A stretch of DNA of 64,000 bases from Candidatus Eiseniibacteriota bacterium (GTDB taxonomy: Bacteria > Eisenbacteria > RBG-16-71-46 > SZUA-252). The notes beneath the pieces were generated by a model, which was given only the letters and a program-made list of their open reading frames with translations, ran no database searches and was not told the origin of the DNA. Below, one piece after another: positions 9,758-21,004 of the stretch (the first letter of the stretch is position 1; every line of letters begins with the position of its first letter). The DNA lies in the NCBI GenBank assembly GCA_031370645.1, contig JANMQV010000152.1, forward strand, positions 64,001-128,000, read 5' to 3'. Made by a program: the position numbers and the translations under genes.

Positions 9758-11253
9758 TCGGCGCCATCGCACGTGAAGCGGCCGCCGTGCCGCGGATCCT
9801 GAACGCGCTCGAGACGCGCGGGGCCGCCACGGGAACGTGGGCCCGCGTGCAGTACGATTCCCGCGCGGTGGGCGCGGGGGATCTCTTCGTCGCCATTCCC
9901 GGAGCGAAAGCCGACGGACACGGCTATCTCGGCGCGGCGCACGCGAAGGGTGCGCTCCTCGCCGTCGTGGAGCGAATCGTTCCCGGCGAGCCGATTCCGC
10001 AAGTAAGGGTCGCGAGCGCGCGGCGGGCGCTGGCGCTCCTGGCTGGAGAAGAGACGGAACACGCCTCGCGCGAACTGACCATGATCGGCGTGACGGGGAC
10101 GAACGGAAAGACGACCACGACGCACCTGGTGCGCGCGGTGCTCGAGCGGCACGGCGAGCGGGTCGGTGTCATCGGCACGGTCGGGTACGAATTCGCAGGC
10201 GAGCGCCACGACGCCGCCCACACGACGCCCGAGGCGCCCGAGCTGGCGCGTCTTCTTCGCACGTGGCGCGACCACGGCGCCGACGCGGTGGCGATGGAGG
10301 TTTCGTCGCACGCGCTGGCGCTCGATCGCTCCTATGGGATCGCATTCGACGCGGGGGTCTTCACCAACTTGACGCAGGACCATCTCGACTTCCACGGGAC
10401 GCTGGAGGTGTATCGCGACGCGAAAGCGCGGCTCTTCCGCCCCGATACGCGCGGCGATCGCACGAAGCCGTTCGTCGGCGTGGTGAACGGCGACGACCCG
10501 GCCGGACTCTGGATCAAGGAGCACGGCAAAGGAAAATTTCTCACATTTGGGCGCGGCGCAGCGGCGGAGGTTGCGGCCACGGACGTGCAGCTTGATCCGT
10601 CAGGCACGAGACTACGGATTCGGCACCCGCGCGGTACCGAAACGGTCGCCCTCCGCCTGCGCGGCGCCTTCAATGTGATGAACGCCCTCGCGGCGTTCGG
10701 TGCCTGCTACGTGCTCGGCGTTCCGCCCGCCGAAATCGCCGAGGGTCTCGGCGAATTGGCGCGCGTGCCGGGGCGACTCGATCCGGTCGATGCGGGGCAG
10801 CCGTTTCAGGTCTTCGTCGACTACGCCCACACGCCCGACGCGCTCGAACGCGCGCTGGAAGCCGTTCGCGCCCTGGGGCCGAAGCGACTTCGTTGTGTCT
10901 TCGGCTGCGGCGGCGATCGCGATCGCGGGAAGCGCCCTCTCATGGGCGAGGCGGCGGCGCGTCTGGCGGACGACGTGATCGTGACCTCCGACAATCCGCG
11001 GAGCGAGGCGCCGGAGGCGATCGTCGCGGAGATACTCGCCGGCGCCGGCGCGGCGGGAGGTTCGAAGGTCCGCGCGATGATCGATCGATCCGAGGCGATC
11101 CACGCCGCGGTGGCGGCGTGCGAGCCGGGCGACGCCCTCCTGATCGCGGGGAAGGGGCACGAGACGTATCAGATTCTCGCCGACCGGACGATCGACTTCG
11201 ACGATCGTGCGGTCGCGCGCGACGCACTTCGCCTTCGAGGATTCAAGGCGTGA
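9754..11253 (+). CDS. murE: MurE ligase, meso-DAP type
   Basis: GVTGTNGKTT, DYAHTPD, DNPR, GKGHE. Confidence 0.97.
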   Translation: MIGAIAREAAAVPRILNALETRGAATGTWARVQYDSRAVGAGDLFVAIPGAKADGHGYLGAAHAKGALLAVVERIVPGEPIPQVRVASARRALALLAGEETEHASRELTMIGVTGTNGKTTTTHLVRAVLERHGERVGVIGTVGYEFAGERHDAAHTTPEAPELARLLRTWRDHGADAVAMEVSSHALALDRSYGIAFDAGVFTNLTQDHLDFHGTLEVYRDAKARLFRPDTRGDRTKPFVGVVNGDDPAGLWIKEHGKGKFLTFGRGAAAEVAATDVQLDPSGTRLRIRHPRGTETVALRLRGAFNVMNALAAFGACYVLGVPPAEIAEGLGELARVPGRLDPVDAGQPFQVFVDYAHTPDALERALEAVRALGPKRLRCVFGCGGDRDRGKRPLMGEAAARLADDVIVTSDNPRSEAPEAIVAEILAGAGAAGGSKVRAMIDRSEAIHAAVAACEPGDALLIAGKGHETYQILADRTIDFDDRAVARDALRLRGFKA

Positions 11254-12722
11254 CGCCGGCTCCGAGGGCCGGTGCGACCACGCGGACGCCGAGCCCCTGG
11301 CTCTCGCTCGCGGATGTCGCTCGCGTCACGGGAGGAACGCTGGTCGTTCCCGCGAGCGCCAAGGCGGCTGCAGCCTTCGCGGAGGCGGCGATCGATAGCC
11401 GTACCCTCCTCGGTGGGGAGCTCTTCGTGCCGCTTCCGGGCGCCAACAGCGACGGCCACGCGTTCGTCGCCGCGGCGCTCGATGCGGGCGCGGCGGGGAG
11501 CCTGGTGCGGAGCGACTGGACCGTCCCCGCCGAGATCGCGCGGCGCGGAAAGCCAGTGATCGCGGTCCCCGATCCGCTCGTCGCGCTCCAGACGCTCGCG
11601 CGTCACTGCCGCGACCGTGCCGGGATTCCCGTCGTGGCGGTGACCGGATCGAACGGCAAGACGACGACGAAGGAGATGATCGCGGCCGTGCTCGGCTCGC
11701 GGCTTCGCGTGCACAAGAACGTGGGGAACTGGAACAACCAGATCGGATTGCCGCTGACGATGACACGGCTTCGCCCCGAGCACCAGGTGATGACGCTGGA
11801 ACTGGCCATGCGCGCCCGGGGGGAGATTGCCGAACTCGCGCGAATCTGCCGTCCCGATGTCGGCGTGCTCACGGTGGCGGCGGAGGCGCACTTGGAGCGG
11901 CTTGGATCGCTCGATGCGATCGCCCAGGCGAAAAGCGAACTTGCCGCGGCCATTCCGGCCGACGGTCTTCTCGTCTTGAACGCCGACGACGCGAGGCTCT
12001 GGGCGATGAACCGGAAGCGCTCCGTGCCGATCCGCTCGTACGCGACGGAGAATCCCGAAGCCGATCTCAAGCCGACGAGCGTCAGCGTGACGACCGAAGG
12101 GGGAACGCGTTTCGCGCTCCCCGACGGCACGGAGTTCTCGCTCTCGCTCCTCGGCCGCCACAACGTGCGAAACGCGCTCGCCGCCATTCTGGTGGGAGAG
12201 CGCTTCGGCGTCACGCACGCGGCCGCGGCCTTAGCACTCCGCGCCATGCCGGCACCGGCGCACCGCCTCGAGTTGCTTCAGTCGGGCGGCGTGTCGGTGC
12301 TGGACGATTGTTACAACGCGAACCCCGCGTCGATGGGCGAAGCACTCTGGCTCCTCGGCGCCATCGAGACGCGGGGCGCGCGGCGCGCGGTGCTCGGCGA
12401 CATGCTCGAACTCGGGCGCGAGGCGGAATCGTTTCACGAAGCGATCGGACGGCGCGTTCCCGCCGCCGCGTGGCTTTACGTGGCGGGCGCGTTCTCCGAG
12501 GCGGTGGCGCGCGGCGCCGCGGCCGCGGGTGTCGAGGCCACGCGTCTCCGCCGCTTCGACGACGTGGATGCCATGGCCGCCGCCGTGCGCGCGGACGTGA
12601 AGCCGGGAGACCTGGTGTTGGTGAAGGGATCACGCGGGATGCGGCTCGAGCGGGTCGTCGACGCGCTCGTGCCGGGGCGCGCGGGGAACGCGGCCGCTTT
12701 GGCGGCGGCGGGGAAGGAGTAG
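11250..12722 (+). CDS. murF: MurF ligase
   Basis: GSNGKTTTKE, NNQIGLP, DCYNANP, KGSRG; GTG start at 11250. Confidence 0.96.
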   Translation: MTPAPRAGATTRTPSPWLSLADVARVTGGTLVVPASAKAAAAFAEAAIDSRTLLGGELFVPLPGANSDGHAFVAAALDAGAAGSLVRSDWTVPAEIARRGKPVIAVPDPLVALQTLARHCRDRAGIPVVAVTGSNGKTTTKEMIAAVLGSRLRVHKNVGNWNNQIGLPLTMTRLRPEHQVMTLELAMRARGEIAELARICRPDVGVLTVAAEAHLERLGSLDAIAQAKSELAAAIPADGLLVLNADDARLWAMNRKRSVPIRSYATENPEADLKPTSVSVTTEGGTRFALPDGTEFSLSLLGRHNVRNALAAILVGERFGVTHAAAALALRAMPAPAHRLELLQSGGVSVLDDCYNANPASMGEALWLLGAIETRGARRAVLGDMLELGREAESFHEAIGRRVPAAAWLYVAGAFSEAVARGAAAAGVEATRLRRFDDVDAMAAAVRADVKPGDLVLVKGSRGMRLERVVDALVPGRAGNAAALAAAGKE

Positions 12723-12725
12723 CCG

Positions 12726-13814
12726 GTGCTCTATCACCTCCTCTATCCGCTCCACGAACAGTTCCCGGCGCTGAATGTCTTCCGATACATCACGTTTCGC
12801 TCCGCCTACGCCATGGCCACCGCGCTCCTCCTGGCGCTCGTTTTCGGCCCGGTCGTGATCCGGAAGCTGAAGGCGCTGAAGATCGGGCAGATGATTCGCG
12901 AGGAAGGCCCCCAGTCGCACTACGACAAGGCGGGCACCCCCACGATGGGCGGGATCTTGATCGTCATCGCCATCGCGGTGAGCACGCTTCTCTGGGGAAA
13001 TCTCGAGAATCGTCTCGTCTGGGTCGCCCTCATCGCGACGCTCTTCATGGGCGCCGTCGGCTTCCTGGACGACTGGCTTCGCGTGGTGAAGCACCTTCGG
13101 AAGGGACTACTCGGCCGCTACAAATTGGCGGGCCAAATCGCGCTCGGAATCGGTGTGTTCCTGGCGGTCTTCCTCTATCCGTCCGGCGGGCTCCTCGACC
13201 CGAGCGAGACGAACGTTCCCTTCCTCAAGCGGACCTTCCTCGACTTCGGCTGGCTCTACCTGCCGTTCGTGGTGCTCGTCATCACCGGCTCCTCGAACGC
13301 CGTGAATCTCGCCGACGGGCTCGACGGCCTCGCCGCCGGCATGACCGCGTTCGCCGCCGTGGCTCTCGGCGGCATGTGCTACATCACGGGGCACGTGAAG
13401 TTCTCGCAGTACCTCCAGGTGGCCTACATCCCCGGCGCCGGTGAGCTGACCGTCTTCTGCGCGGCGGTGCTCGGTGCGACGCTCGGCTTCCTGTGGTGGA
13501 ATTGCCACCCGGCCGACGTCTTCATGGGCGACACCGGTTCGCTCTCGCTCGGCGCCGCGCTCGGCACGGTGGCGGTCCTGATCAAGCGCGAGTTCCTCCT
13601 CGCCATCGTCGGCGCCGTTTTCGTCCTCGAGGCCCTTTCGGTAATGGCGCAGGTCTTGTCGTTCAAGCTCTGGGGAAAGCGGATCCTCCGCATGTCGCCC
13701 CTTCATCACCATTTCGAACTCTCCGGCTGGAAGGAGACGCGCGTCGTGGTCCGCTTCTGGATCGCCGCCGCGCTCTTCGCGCTCGTCGGATTGAGCACGT
13801 TGAAACTTCAATGA
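12726..13814 (+). CDS. mraY: Phospho-MurNAc-pentapeptide transferase
   Basis: KAGTPTMGG, NAVNLADGLDGL, FMGDTGS, PLHHHFE. Confidence 0.98.
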   Translation: MLYHLLYPLHEQFPALNVFRYITFRSAYAMATALLLALVFGPVVIRKLKALKIGQMIREEGPQSHYDKAGTPTMGGILIVIAIAVSTLLWGNLENRLVWVALIATLFMGAVGFLDDWLRVVKHLRKGLLGRYKLAGQIALGIGVFLAVFLYPSGGLLDPSETNVPFLKRTFLDFGWLYLPFVVLVITGSSNAVNLADGLDGLAAGMTAFAAVALGGMCYITGHVKFSQYLQVAYIPGAGELTVFCAAVLGATLGFLWWNCHPADVFMGDTGSLSLGAALGTVAVLIKREFLLAIVGAVFVLEALSVMAQVLSFKLWGKRILRMSPLHHHFELSGWKETRVVVRFWIAAALFALVGLSTLKLQ

Positions 13815-15193
13815 CCGAGCGTCCCTTCTTCGCCGGGGCGAAGGCCCTGATCGTCGGCGCCGCGCGAAGCGGTGTGGCGGCGGCGAAGCTGATCGTTCGC
13901 CACGGCGGCCAGGTACGTCTGGTCGACCGCCGAGCGGCCGGAGAGCTGGCCGCCACCGTCCGCGATTTGGAGGCGCTCGGCGTGGAACTCCGCTTCGGCG
14001 CCACGGACACGAGCGCGCTCGAAGGGCGCGACCTGGTCGTCGTGAGCCCCGGCGTGCCGCTCGATCTGCCGCTCTTCCGCGAGGCCGAACGCCGCGGCAT
14101 CCCGGTCGTCGCGGAGCTCGAGCTGGGGCACGCGGTCGCGAAGGCGCCGATCGTCGCGGTAACCGGGACGAACGGAAAGAGCACCACGGTGGAACTCCTC
14201 GGCGCCATGGGTCGCGCCGCCGGCAGGGCGACCGAAGTGCTCGGAAACATCGGCACCGCGCTCTCCGAGCGGGCGGAAGAAGTCCCCGCCGAGGGACTCC
14301 TCGTCGTCGAGGTCTCGTCATTCCAACTCGAGACCTGCACGCGATTCCGTCCCCGCGTCGGCGTGATCCTGAACGTGACGCCCGACCATCTCGACCGCCA
14401 TGGGTCGATCGAGCGCTATGCGGCGTTGAAGGCGCGCCTCTTCGAGCGGCAGGATGAGAGCGATTTCCGCGTCCAGCCGCTCGGCGAGGCCCGCATCACG
14501 GCCCTTCTTCGCCCCATGCGCTCGCGCCCGCTCTGGTTCGGCGTCGCCGATCCGACGGGCGATGGAGTCTGGTTGGAAGGCGACTCGCTCCAGTGGCGTT
14601 TCGGAAGGAACCACGGCACGTTCCTCCGCCGTGAAGAGGTACCGCTTCCCGGGCCGCACAACACCGAGAACATGACCGCGGCCGCGGCCGCGGCACTCGC
14701 CGTCGGGATCGCGCCGGCCGCGATCGCGAAGGCGCTCCGCGAGTTCAAGGGACTGCCGCACCGGCTCACGCTCGTCGCCACAATCGACGGGGTGCGTTAC
14801 GTCAACGATTCCAAGGCCACAAACGTCGATGCGATGCGCCGCGCGCTCGAGTCGTACGACGCGCCGATCGTGCTGATCGCGGGGGGACGGGACAAGGACG
14901 GGGACTTCGCGGCGGTCGCGCCGCTGGTTCTCGAGCGAGTTCGCCATCTCGTCACGTTGGGTGAAGCGGCCGAGAAACTCGAAGGCGCCTGGCCACAGGT
15001 GCCGACGACACGGGCCGCGACGCTCGAAGGGGCGGTGGCGTCCGCGCGGTCCCACGCGACCCCAGGAGGGGTCGTCCTCCTCTCTCCCGGCTGTGCATCG
15101 TACGACATGTTCCGGAATTTCGAGGACCGCGGGGCGCGGTTCGAGGCGGCCGTGCACACCCTGGAGCGCGAGCGCGCGGGAGCGGGACGATGA
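13811..15193 (+). CDS. murD: MurD ligase
   Basis: GTNGKST, EVSSFQL, NDSKATN, SPGCASYD. Confidence 0.97.
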   Translation: MTERPFFAGAKALIVGAARSGVAAAKLIVRHGGQVRLVDRRAAGELAATVRDLEALGVELRFGATDTSALEGRDLVVVSPGVPLDLPLFREAERRGIPVVAELELGHAVAKAPIVAVTGTNGKSTTVELLGAMGRAAGRATEVLGNIGTALSERAEEVPAEGLLVVEVSSFQLETCTRFRPRVGVILNVTPDHLDRHGSIERYAALKARLFERQDESDFRVQPLGEARITALLRPMRSRPLWFGVADPTGDGVWLEGDSLQWRFGRNHGTFLRREEVPLPGPHNTENMTAAAAAALAVGIAPAAIAKALREFKGLPHRLTLVATIDGVRYVNDSKATNVDAMRRALESYDAPIVLIAGGRDKDGDFAAVAPLVLERVRHLVTLGEAAEKLEGAWPQVPTTRAATLEGAVASARSHATPGGVVLLSPGCASYDMFRNFEDRGARFEAAVHTLERERAGAGR

Positions 15194-16362
15194 ACGTCGC
15201 TGTCGGCTCCACGCGCCGATTCGACTGGGCGCTCGTCGCCCCCGTCGCGTGTCTCGTGGCGCTCGGCGTCGTCATGGTCTACTCCTCGAGCGCGTTTCTC
15301 GGGGCGACCCGCTACGATTCGGCTACTTACTTCCTGCAGCGCCACGCCGTCCGCGTGATTCTCGGCGTGGGGCTCCTGGCCGTTCTCATGCGGATCGACT
15401 ACCACCGCCTCCAGCGGCTCGCTCCCTGGGCGCTCGGCGGGAGCGTCGTCCTGCTCGGCGTCCTCATCGCGCTCGGCGGCGAAGGGGTGCGCGGCGCGAA
15501 CCGCTGGCTCTCGGTCGCCACCTTTACCATGCAGCCCACCGAGTTGGCGCGCGTGGCCTGCGTGATCTATCTGGCGCACCTTCTCGACAAGAAGGGGAAC
15601 CGCATCGCGTCATTCCGCGACGGCATCCTCCCCGCCTGCATGGTGCTCGGGCTCCTCGCGCTCCTCATCTTGAAACAGCCGAACCTCGGGAGCACGATCG
15701 CGCTCCTCTCGACCGGCTTCGCGCTCCTCTATCTCGCGGGCGCGAAGCGCCGACACTTGGCGCTCCTCGTGCTGGCGGGCGTCCTCGTCGCCTCGCTCGC
15801 CGTGCTCCGGAACCCCTACATGATGGATCGCGTCGTCGCCTGGCAGGCGCAGTGGGGCTCAGGACATGCCGATGCCCTCGGCAAGAACTGGCAGGTATCG
15901 CAGTCGATCCTGGCGCTCGGATCGGGCGGCGTCTTCGGCGCGGGAGCGGGGCACGGGCTTCAAAAAGTATTCTTCCTCCCCGATCCGCACACCGACTTCA
16001 TCTACGCGGTGGTCGGCGAGGAACTCGGGCTTCTTGGAACGGCGGGCGTGCTCTTGGCCTACGTGGCGCTCTTCCTCCGCGGGCTCAAGGTGGCGGCGAA
16101 CGCGCCGGATCGCTTCGGGCGCTATCTCGCGGCCGGTCTCACCGTGAATCTGTCCGTCTATGTGGCCATGAACATCGCGGTCGTCACCGGCGTCATTCCG
16201 ACGACGGGGTTGCCGCTGCCGTTCCTGAGTTACGGGGGCTCGGCCCTCGTCGTCAATCTGGGGGTGGTGGGTGTCCTTCTCAACATCGCGAGTCAAGCCG
16301 ACGGCGGCACTCGTCCCGCACCGATCGTCCGCACTGGCGGCGTCCGCGTGGCGCGTGGCTGA
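15190..16362 (+). CDS. ftsW: SEDS protein FtsW
   Basis: GANRW, QPTE, PDPHTDFI, PTTGLPLPFLSYGGS. Confidence 0.96.
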   Translation: MNVAVGSTRRFDWALVAPVACLVALGVVMVYSSSAFLGATRYDSATYFLQRHAVRVILGVGLLAVLMRIDYHRLQRLAPWALGGSVVLLGVLIALGGEGVRGANRWLSVATFTMQPTELARVACVIYLAHLLDKKGNRIASFRDGILPACMVLGLLALLILKQPNLGSTIALLSTGFALLYLAGAKRRHLALLVLAGVLVASLAVLRNPYMMDRVVAWQAQWGSGHADALGKNWQVSQSILALGSGGVFGAGAGHGLQKVFFLPDPHTDFIYAVVGEELGLLGTAGVLLAYVALFLRGLKVAANAPDRFGRYLAAGLTVNLSVYVAMNIAVVTGVIPTTGLPLPFLSYGGSALVVNLGVVGVLLNIASQADGGTRPAPIVRTGGVRVARG

Positions 16363-17509
16363 ACCGACCGGTCCCTGGCGCGTTCTCATCGCGGGCGGCG
16401 GCACCGGCGGGCACGTTTATCCCGGGCTCGCCATCGCCGAGGAGTGGGCCCGGCGGCATCCGGATACGGAGGTCGTCTTCGTCGGCACGGAACGGGGGCT
16501 CGAGGCGACGGCGATTCCGCGCGCCGGTTACCGGCTTCGGACGATCGCGGCGCGCGGATTTCCGCGGCGGCCGGGATTCGGACTTCTGAAGGCGATCGCG
16601 GCGCTGGTGGCGAGCCTCGGACAGACGTGGCGCATTCTCGGAGAGGAGGCGCCGCGTGTCGTGGTGGTCACCGGCGGCTACGTGAGCGGTCCCGTCGGAC
16701 TTCTCGCGAAGCTGCGCGGCATTCCGGTGGTGGTTCAGGAGCAGAACTCGGTGCCGGGCGCGACGAACCGCTGGCTCAGCCTCGTCGCGACGGAGGTTCA
16801 CATCAGTTTTCTCGAGTCGCGGCACTACTTCCGGAGGCGCGATCACTTGAAGGTCACCGGAAACCCGATTCGCCGGTCGCTGCTTCGGCAGGATCGCGCC
16901 ACGGCGTACGAGGCGCTCCGGCTCGATCCGGCGAAGCGGACGCTGCTCGTCTTCGGCGGTAGCCGTGGCGCGGCCAGCATCAACAAGGCGATGGCCACGG
17001 CGCTCCAGCGGCTCACGCGCGTGCCGCGGCTCCAGGTGCTCTGGCAGACCGGAAGCGACGACGCGGAGTGGGCGACGCGCGAGACGGCGCGGCTTTCGAT
17101 TCCCGTCCGCGTCATGCCGTACGTCGAACGAATGGAAATGGCGTACGCCGTGGCGGACCTGGCGGTCTGCCGCGCCGGGGCGATGACCATCGCCGAGTTG
17201 ACGGCGTGCGGCGTTCCCTCGGTCCTGGTCCCGTATCCGCACGCGACGCACGACCACCAGACCGAAAACGCGAAAGGGCTCGTCGATCGCGGCGCGGCCG
17301 AGATGGTCGCCGACGCCGAACTGCAGGGCGATGACTTGGCCCGGCGGATCGAGGCGCTCCTTCGCGACGAGCCGCGCCTCCGGCGCATGGGCCGGAACGC
17401 GCGCGCCTTCTCGCGCACCAACGCGGCGGAGCGGATCGCCGATTCGATGGAACGACTCTCCGCGGTCTCGCGCGCTCCGAGCGCCGACGAACTCGCGGAA
17501 GGGGAGTAG
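16355..17509 (+). CDS. murG: MurG GlcNAc transferase
   Basis: GGGTGGH, EQN, GGSRGA, RAGA, HQTEN. Confidence 0.97.
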   Translation: MAEPTGPWRVLIAGGGTGGHVYPGLAIAEEWARRHPDTEVVFVGTERGLEATAIPRAGYRLRTIAARGFPRRPGFGLLKAIAALVASLGQTWRILGEEAPRVVVVTGGYVSGPVGLLAKLRGIPVVVQEQNSVPGATNRWLSLVATEVHISFLESRHYFRRRDHLKVTGNPIRRSLLRQDRATAYEALRLDPAKRTLLVFGGSRGAASINKAMATALQRLTRVPRLQVLWQTGSDDAEWATRETARLSIPVRVMPYVERMEMAYAVADLAVCRAGAMTIAELTACGVPSVLVPYPHATHDHQTENAKGLVDRGAAEMVADAELQGDDLARRIEALLRDEPRLRRMGRNARAFSRTNAAERIADSMERLSAVSRAPSADELAEGE

Positions 17510-17512
17510 CGG

Positions 17513-18886
17513 GTGTACGGGCGCATTCGGCGGATTCATCTGGTCGGCATCGGCGGCAGCGGCATGAGCGGCATCGCGGAGGTCCTGCTGAATCTCGGCT
17601 ACGAAGTCTCGGGCTCGGACATGAAGGAGTCGGAGGTGGTTGCCCGCCTCCGGAGCCTCGGCGCGACCATCACCGCCAAGCACGACGCGGCGAACGTGGA
17701 ACGGGCGGAAGTCGTCGTCGCCTCCACCGCGATCCCCGAGTCGAATCCGGAATTACTTCGCGCGCACGAGCGGGGCATTCCGGTCATTCCGCGCGCGGAA
17801 ATGCTCGCGGAACTGATGCGGATCAAGTACTCGGTGGCGGTGGCGGGCGCGCATGGGAAGACGACGACGACCTCGATGGTGGGAGAGATCCTCGCGCACG
17901 GCGGTCTCGATCCGACGGTGATCGTCGGAGGGCGCCTGAAGGCGCTCGGCGCGCACGCGCGCCTGGGGCAGGGGCCGTTCCTCGTCGCCGAGGCGGACGA
18001 GAGCGACGGTTCGTTCCTCTTCCTTTCGCCCACCATCGCGGTCATCACGAACGTCGACGAGGAGCACCTCGATTACTACGGCTCGATCGAGAAGATCCGG
18101 GAAGCGTTCGCCACCTTCGTGAACCGTGTTCCGTTCTACGGCACGATCGTTCTGCCGGCCGACGAACCGAACGCGGCGTTGCTCCGCGCGAAGGCGAAGC
18201 GCCGGACCATCACGTACGCGCTCGGCGCCGACGCCGACGTGGAGGGGCGCGACCTCGTCGTCGGCCCCGCGGGGGTTCGGTTCGCCCTCCGCGTGCGGGG
18301 CCAGGACGAGGGAACGATCGAACTGAAGGTGACCGGCGCGCACAACGCGCGAAACGCCCTGGCGGCGATCGCGGCGGGGTGGGAACTCGGCGTTCCGATC
18401 GCCGCCATCCGCGACGCGCTCCGCGAGTTCGCGGGCGTTGGGCGGCGGCTCGAGACGCGCGGGACGGTGCAGGGCGCGCTCTGGATCGACGACTACGCGC
18501 ATCACCCGACCGAGATCGCCGCGGCGGTGGCGGCGCTTCGCGCGACGCACGGCCGGCGCATCGTCGCCGTCTTTCAGCCGCACCGCTACACGCGAACCAT
18601 GGCGCTCCTCGATCGCTTCGCCGACTGCTTCGCCGGCGTGGCGGAATTGGTGCTCCTTCCGATCTATTCGGCCGGCGAGAAGCCGATTCCCGGCGTGACG
18701 GCCGACGTCCTGGCCGAACGAGTGACGAAGCGAGGCGGCACGCACGTCCAACGCGTGGCGGATCACGCGGCGGCGGTGACGGCGGTACACGGGCTCCTCA
18801 CGGATAAAGACCTCTTCCTGACCATCGGCGCGGGCGACGTCTACCGCGTCGGCGAGTTGGCGCGAACGAAGGAGCATGCGGCATGA
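17513..18886 (+). CDS. murC: MurC ligase
   Basis: GIGGSGMS, HGKTTT, EADESD, DDYAHHP. Confidence 0.97.
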   Translation: MYGRIRRIHLVGIGGSGMSGIAEVLLNLGYEVSGSDMKESEVVARLRSLGATITAKHDAANVERAEVVVASTAIPESNPELLRAHERGIPVIPRAEMLAELMRIKYSVAVAGAHGKTTTTSMVGEILAHGGLDPTVIVGGRLKALGAHARLGQGPFLVAEADESDGSFLFLSPTIAVITNVDEEHLDYYGSIEKIREAFATFVNRVPFYGTIVLPADEPNAALLRAKAKRRTITYALGADADVEGRDLVVGPAGVRFALRVRGQDEGTIELKVTGAHNARNALAAIAAGWELGVPIAAIRDALREFAGVGRRLETRGTVQGALWIDDYAHHPTEIAAAVAALRATHGRRIVAVFQPHRYTRTMALLDRFADCFAGVAELVLLPIYSAGEKPIPGVTADVLAERVTKRGGTHVQRVADHAAAVTAVHGLLTDKDLFLTIGAGDVYRVGELARTKEHAA

Positions 18887-19725
18887 GAGCGGGCTATCGA
18901 GGCGTTCCGACCTGGAAGAAACCGGCGCGGCGCCGGATGGCGCGGCGCGTCCTCCTCGCCGGCGCGGTGTTCGGCCTCGTGGCGCTGATCGCGCCGGCCA
19001 CCGCGATTCCCGCCGCGCACCTCCTGGGTCGCGTTCCTCCGTTTCGCGTCAATCAAATCGAGGTGAGCGGGCTCCTCTATCTCTCCTACGAAGAGGTGCG
19101 CGCCATCCTCCCGGTCCGCGAGGGGGACAACCTCCTTCTCCTCCGCCCGGCCGACGTGGTGGAGTCGCTCCGCCAAAACGCGCGGATCGAAGCGGCCGAG
19201 GTGACGCGCCGCATGGGAGGACTCGCGGTTCGACTTCGAGAGCGGCGTCCGTTCGCGCTCGTCAGCGCCGGCTCGCTCGTGGAAGTGGATGAACGCGGCA
19301 TCGTGCTCGATCCGTTGGAGCGCGGGCTCCTGGCCGACCGCCCCGTCATCACGGGGCTGAAAGTCGGCTCGGTGAAGAGCGGCGCGCCGATCAAGAATCC
19401 GGCGCTCGGCGACCTGTTGCGACTCCTTGGCTACTTGGAGTCGCCGCAGGTCGGGCTGATCGCCGACATCTCCGATATCGTTTCCGAATCGCGCTCCCGC
19501 GCGGTGCTACACACCGCGAGGGAGCAGATGCCGATCATCGTCGACCCCGAGCAGGCCTCGCTCGCCTCGATGCGCGCGCTTGCCGTGACGCTGCGCGATG
19601 TGCGCGCGCGCGGGCGAATCGTGGAGCTCGTGGACGCGCGTTATCGCGGCCAAGTGGTGGTCCGCTGCGCGCCGGGGCAGGCGGCGGCGCCGGCACCCAT
19701 CGGGCCCGTGCGGGACAAGATCTAG
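18883..19725 (+). CDS. ftsQ: FtsQ/DivIB
   Basis: TM helix, POTRA-like segment, C-terminal DARY; position before ftsA. Confidence 0.85.
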   Translation: MRAGYRGVPTWKKPARRRMARRVLLAGAVFGLVALIAPATAIPAAHLLGRVPPFRVNQIEVSGLLYLSYEEVRAILPVREGDNLLLLRPADVVESLRQNARIEAAEVTRRMGGLAVRLRERRPFALVSAGSLVEVDERGIVLDPLERGLLADRPVITGLKVGSVKSGAPIKNPALGDLLRLLGYLESPQVGLIADISDIVSESRSRAVLHTAREQMPIIVDPEQASLASMRALAVTLRDVRARGRIVELVDARYRGQVVVRCAPGQAAAPAPIGPVRDKI

Positions 19726-19745
19726 CACCTAGAGGGAGGAACGGA

Positions 19746-20975
19746 ATGGCGGAAGGGAAGACCTATACCGGGCTCGACATCGGGACCACGAAGATCACCG
19801 CCATCGTCGCGGAAGCGGACGAAAGCGGCGAAGGGCTTCGAATCCTCGGCGTCGGCACGGCGCCGTCGGACGGGCTGAAGCGCGGCGTCGTCGTGAGCCT
19901 GGAGAAGACGGTCCGCTCCATCCAGCACGCTGTGGGCGAGGCGGAGCGGGTGTCGGGACGGCGGATCCAGAGCGTCTACGCGGGAATCGCGGGTGATCAC
20001 ATTCGCGGGCTCACGAGCCGCGGCGTCATCGCCGTGTCGCGGAAGGACACCGAGATCCGCGCGCAGGACGTGGAGCGCGTCGTGGAAGCCGCGAAGGCGG
20101 TCGCCATTCCGGCCGACCGCGAGATCCTCCACGTGTTGCCGCAGGGATTCGTGGTGGACGACCAGGACGGTATTCGCGATCCGGTCGGAATGACCGGCGT
20201 TCGTCTCGAAGCGGAGGTCCACATCATCACGGGCGGAACAAGCGCCTGCCGGAACATCGTCCGCGCGGCGGAGAAGGCGGGACTTCGGGTGGAGGAACTC
20301 GTGCTCGAGCCTCTCGCCTCGGCGAACGCGGTGCTCGGAAACGACGAGCGCGACATGGGCGTGGCGCTCCTCGACATCGGAGGGGGGACGACCGACGTGG
20401 CGGTCTTCTGCGAGGGAACGATCCGGCACACGGCCGTGATCGGACTCGGCGGATCGAACGTGACGAACGATCTCGCCATCGGGCTTCGCACCCCGGTCGA
20501 CCGCGCGGAGGCGTTGAAGCTCCAGTGCGGCTGCGCGCTCACCTCGATGGTGCGCCCGGAAGAGATGGCGCGCGTGCCGAGCGTGGGCGGACGCCCCGAT
20601 CGCGACATCTCGCGTCACATGCTGGCCATGATGATCGAGCCGCGCGCGGAGGAAATCTTCGCGCTCGCACAGAAGGAAGTGAGAAAGAGCCACGCCGCGG
20701 AACTCCTCGCGGCGGGTGTGGTCATCACGGGCGGCGCCTCGCTTCTACCGGGCATGGTGGAACTGGCCGAGCAGGTCTTCGGACTGCCGGTTCGACGCGG
20801 CGAACCGCAGGGCGTGAGCGGCCTCATCGAATCGGTTTCAGGTCCCCGCTATTCCACGGGCGTCGGCCTCGCGCTCCACGCGTTTCAGTGCGACGCGCCG
20901 GGCCGTCCGTCGGGTGCGGGCCTATTTTATAAATTCTTCACCGGCGCGCGCCGGTGGATCGAGGAGCTGGTCTAA
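19746..20975 (+). CDS. ftsA: Cell division protein FtsA
   Basis: [22 protein letters not shown]. Confidence 0.97.
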   Translation: MAEGKTYTGLDIGTTKITAIVAEADESGEGLRILGVGTAPSDGLKRGVVVSLEKTVRSIQHAVGEAERVSGRRIQSVYAGIAGDHIRGLTSRGVIAVSRKDTEIRAQDVERVVEAAKAVAIPADREILHVLPQGFVVDDQDGIRDPVGMTGVRLEAEVHIITGGTSACRNIVRAAEKAGLRVEELVLEPLASANAVLGNDERDMGVALLDIGGGTTDVAVFCEGTIRHTAVIGLGGSNVTNDLAIGLRTPVDRAEALKLQCGCALTSMVRPEEMARVPSVGGRPDRDISRHMLAMMIEPRAEEIFALAQKEVRKSHAAELLAAGVVITGGASLLPGMVELAEQVFGLPVRRGEPQGVSGLIESVSGPRYSTGVGLALHAFQCDAPGRPSGAGLFYKFFTGARRWIEELV

Positions 20976-21004
20976 GACCGGCGCAACCAGGGAGGAGCGT
21001 GGAG

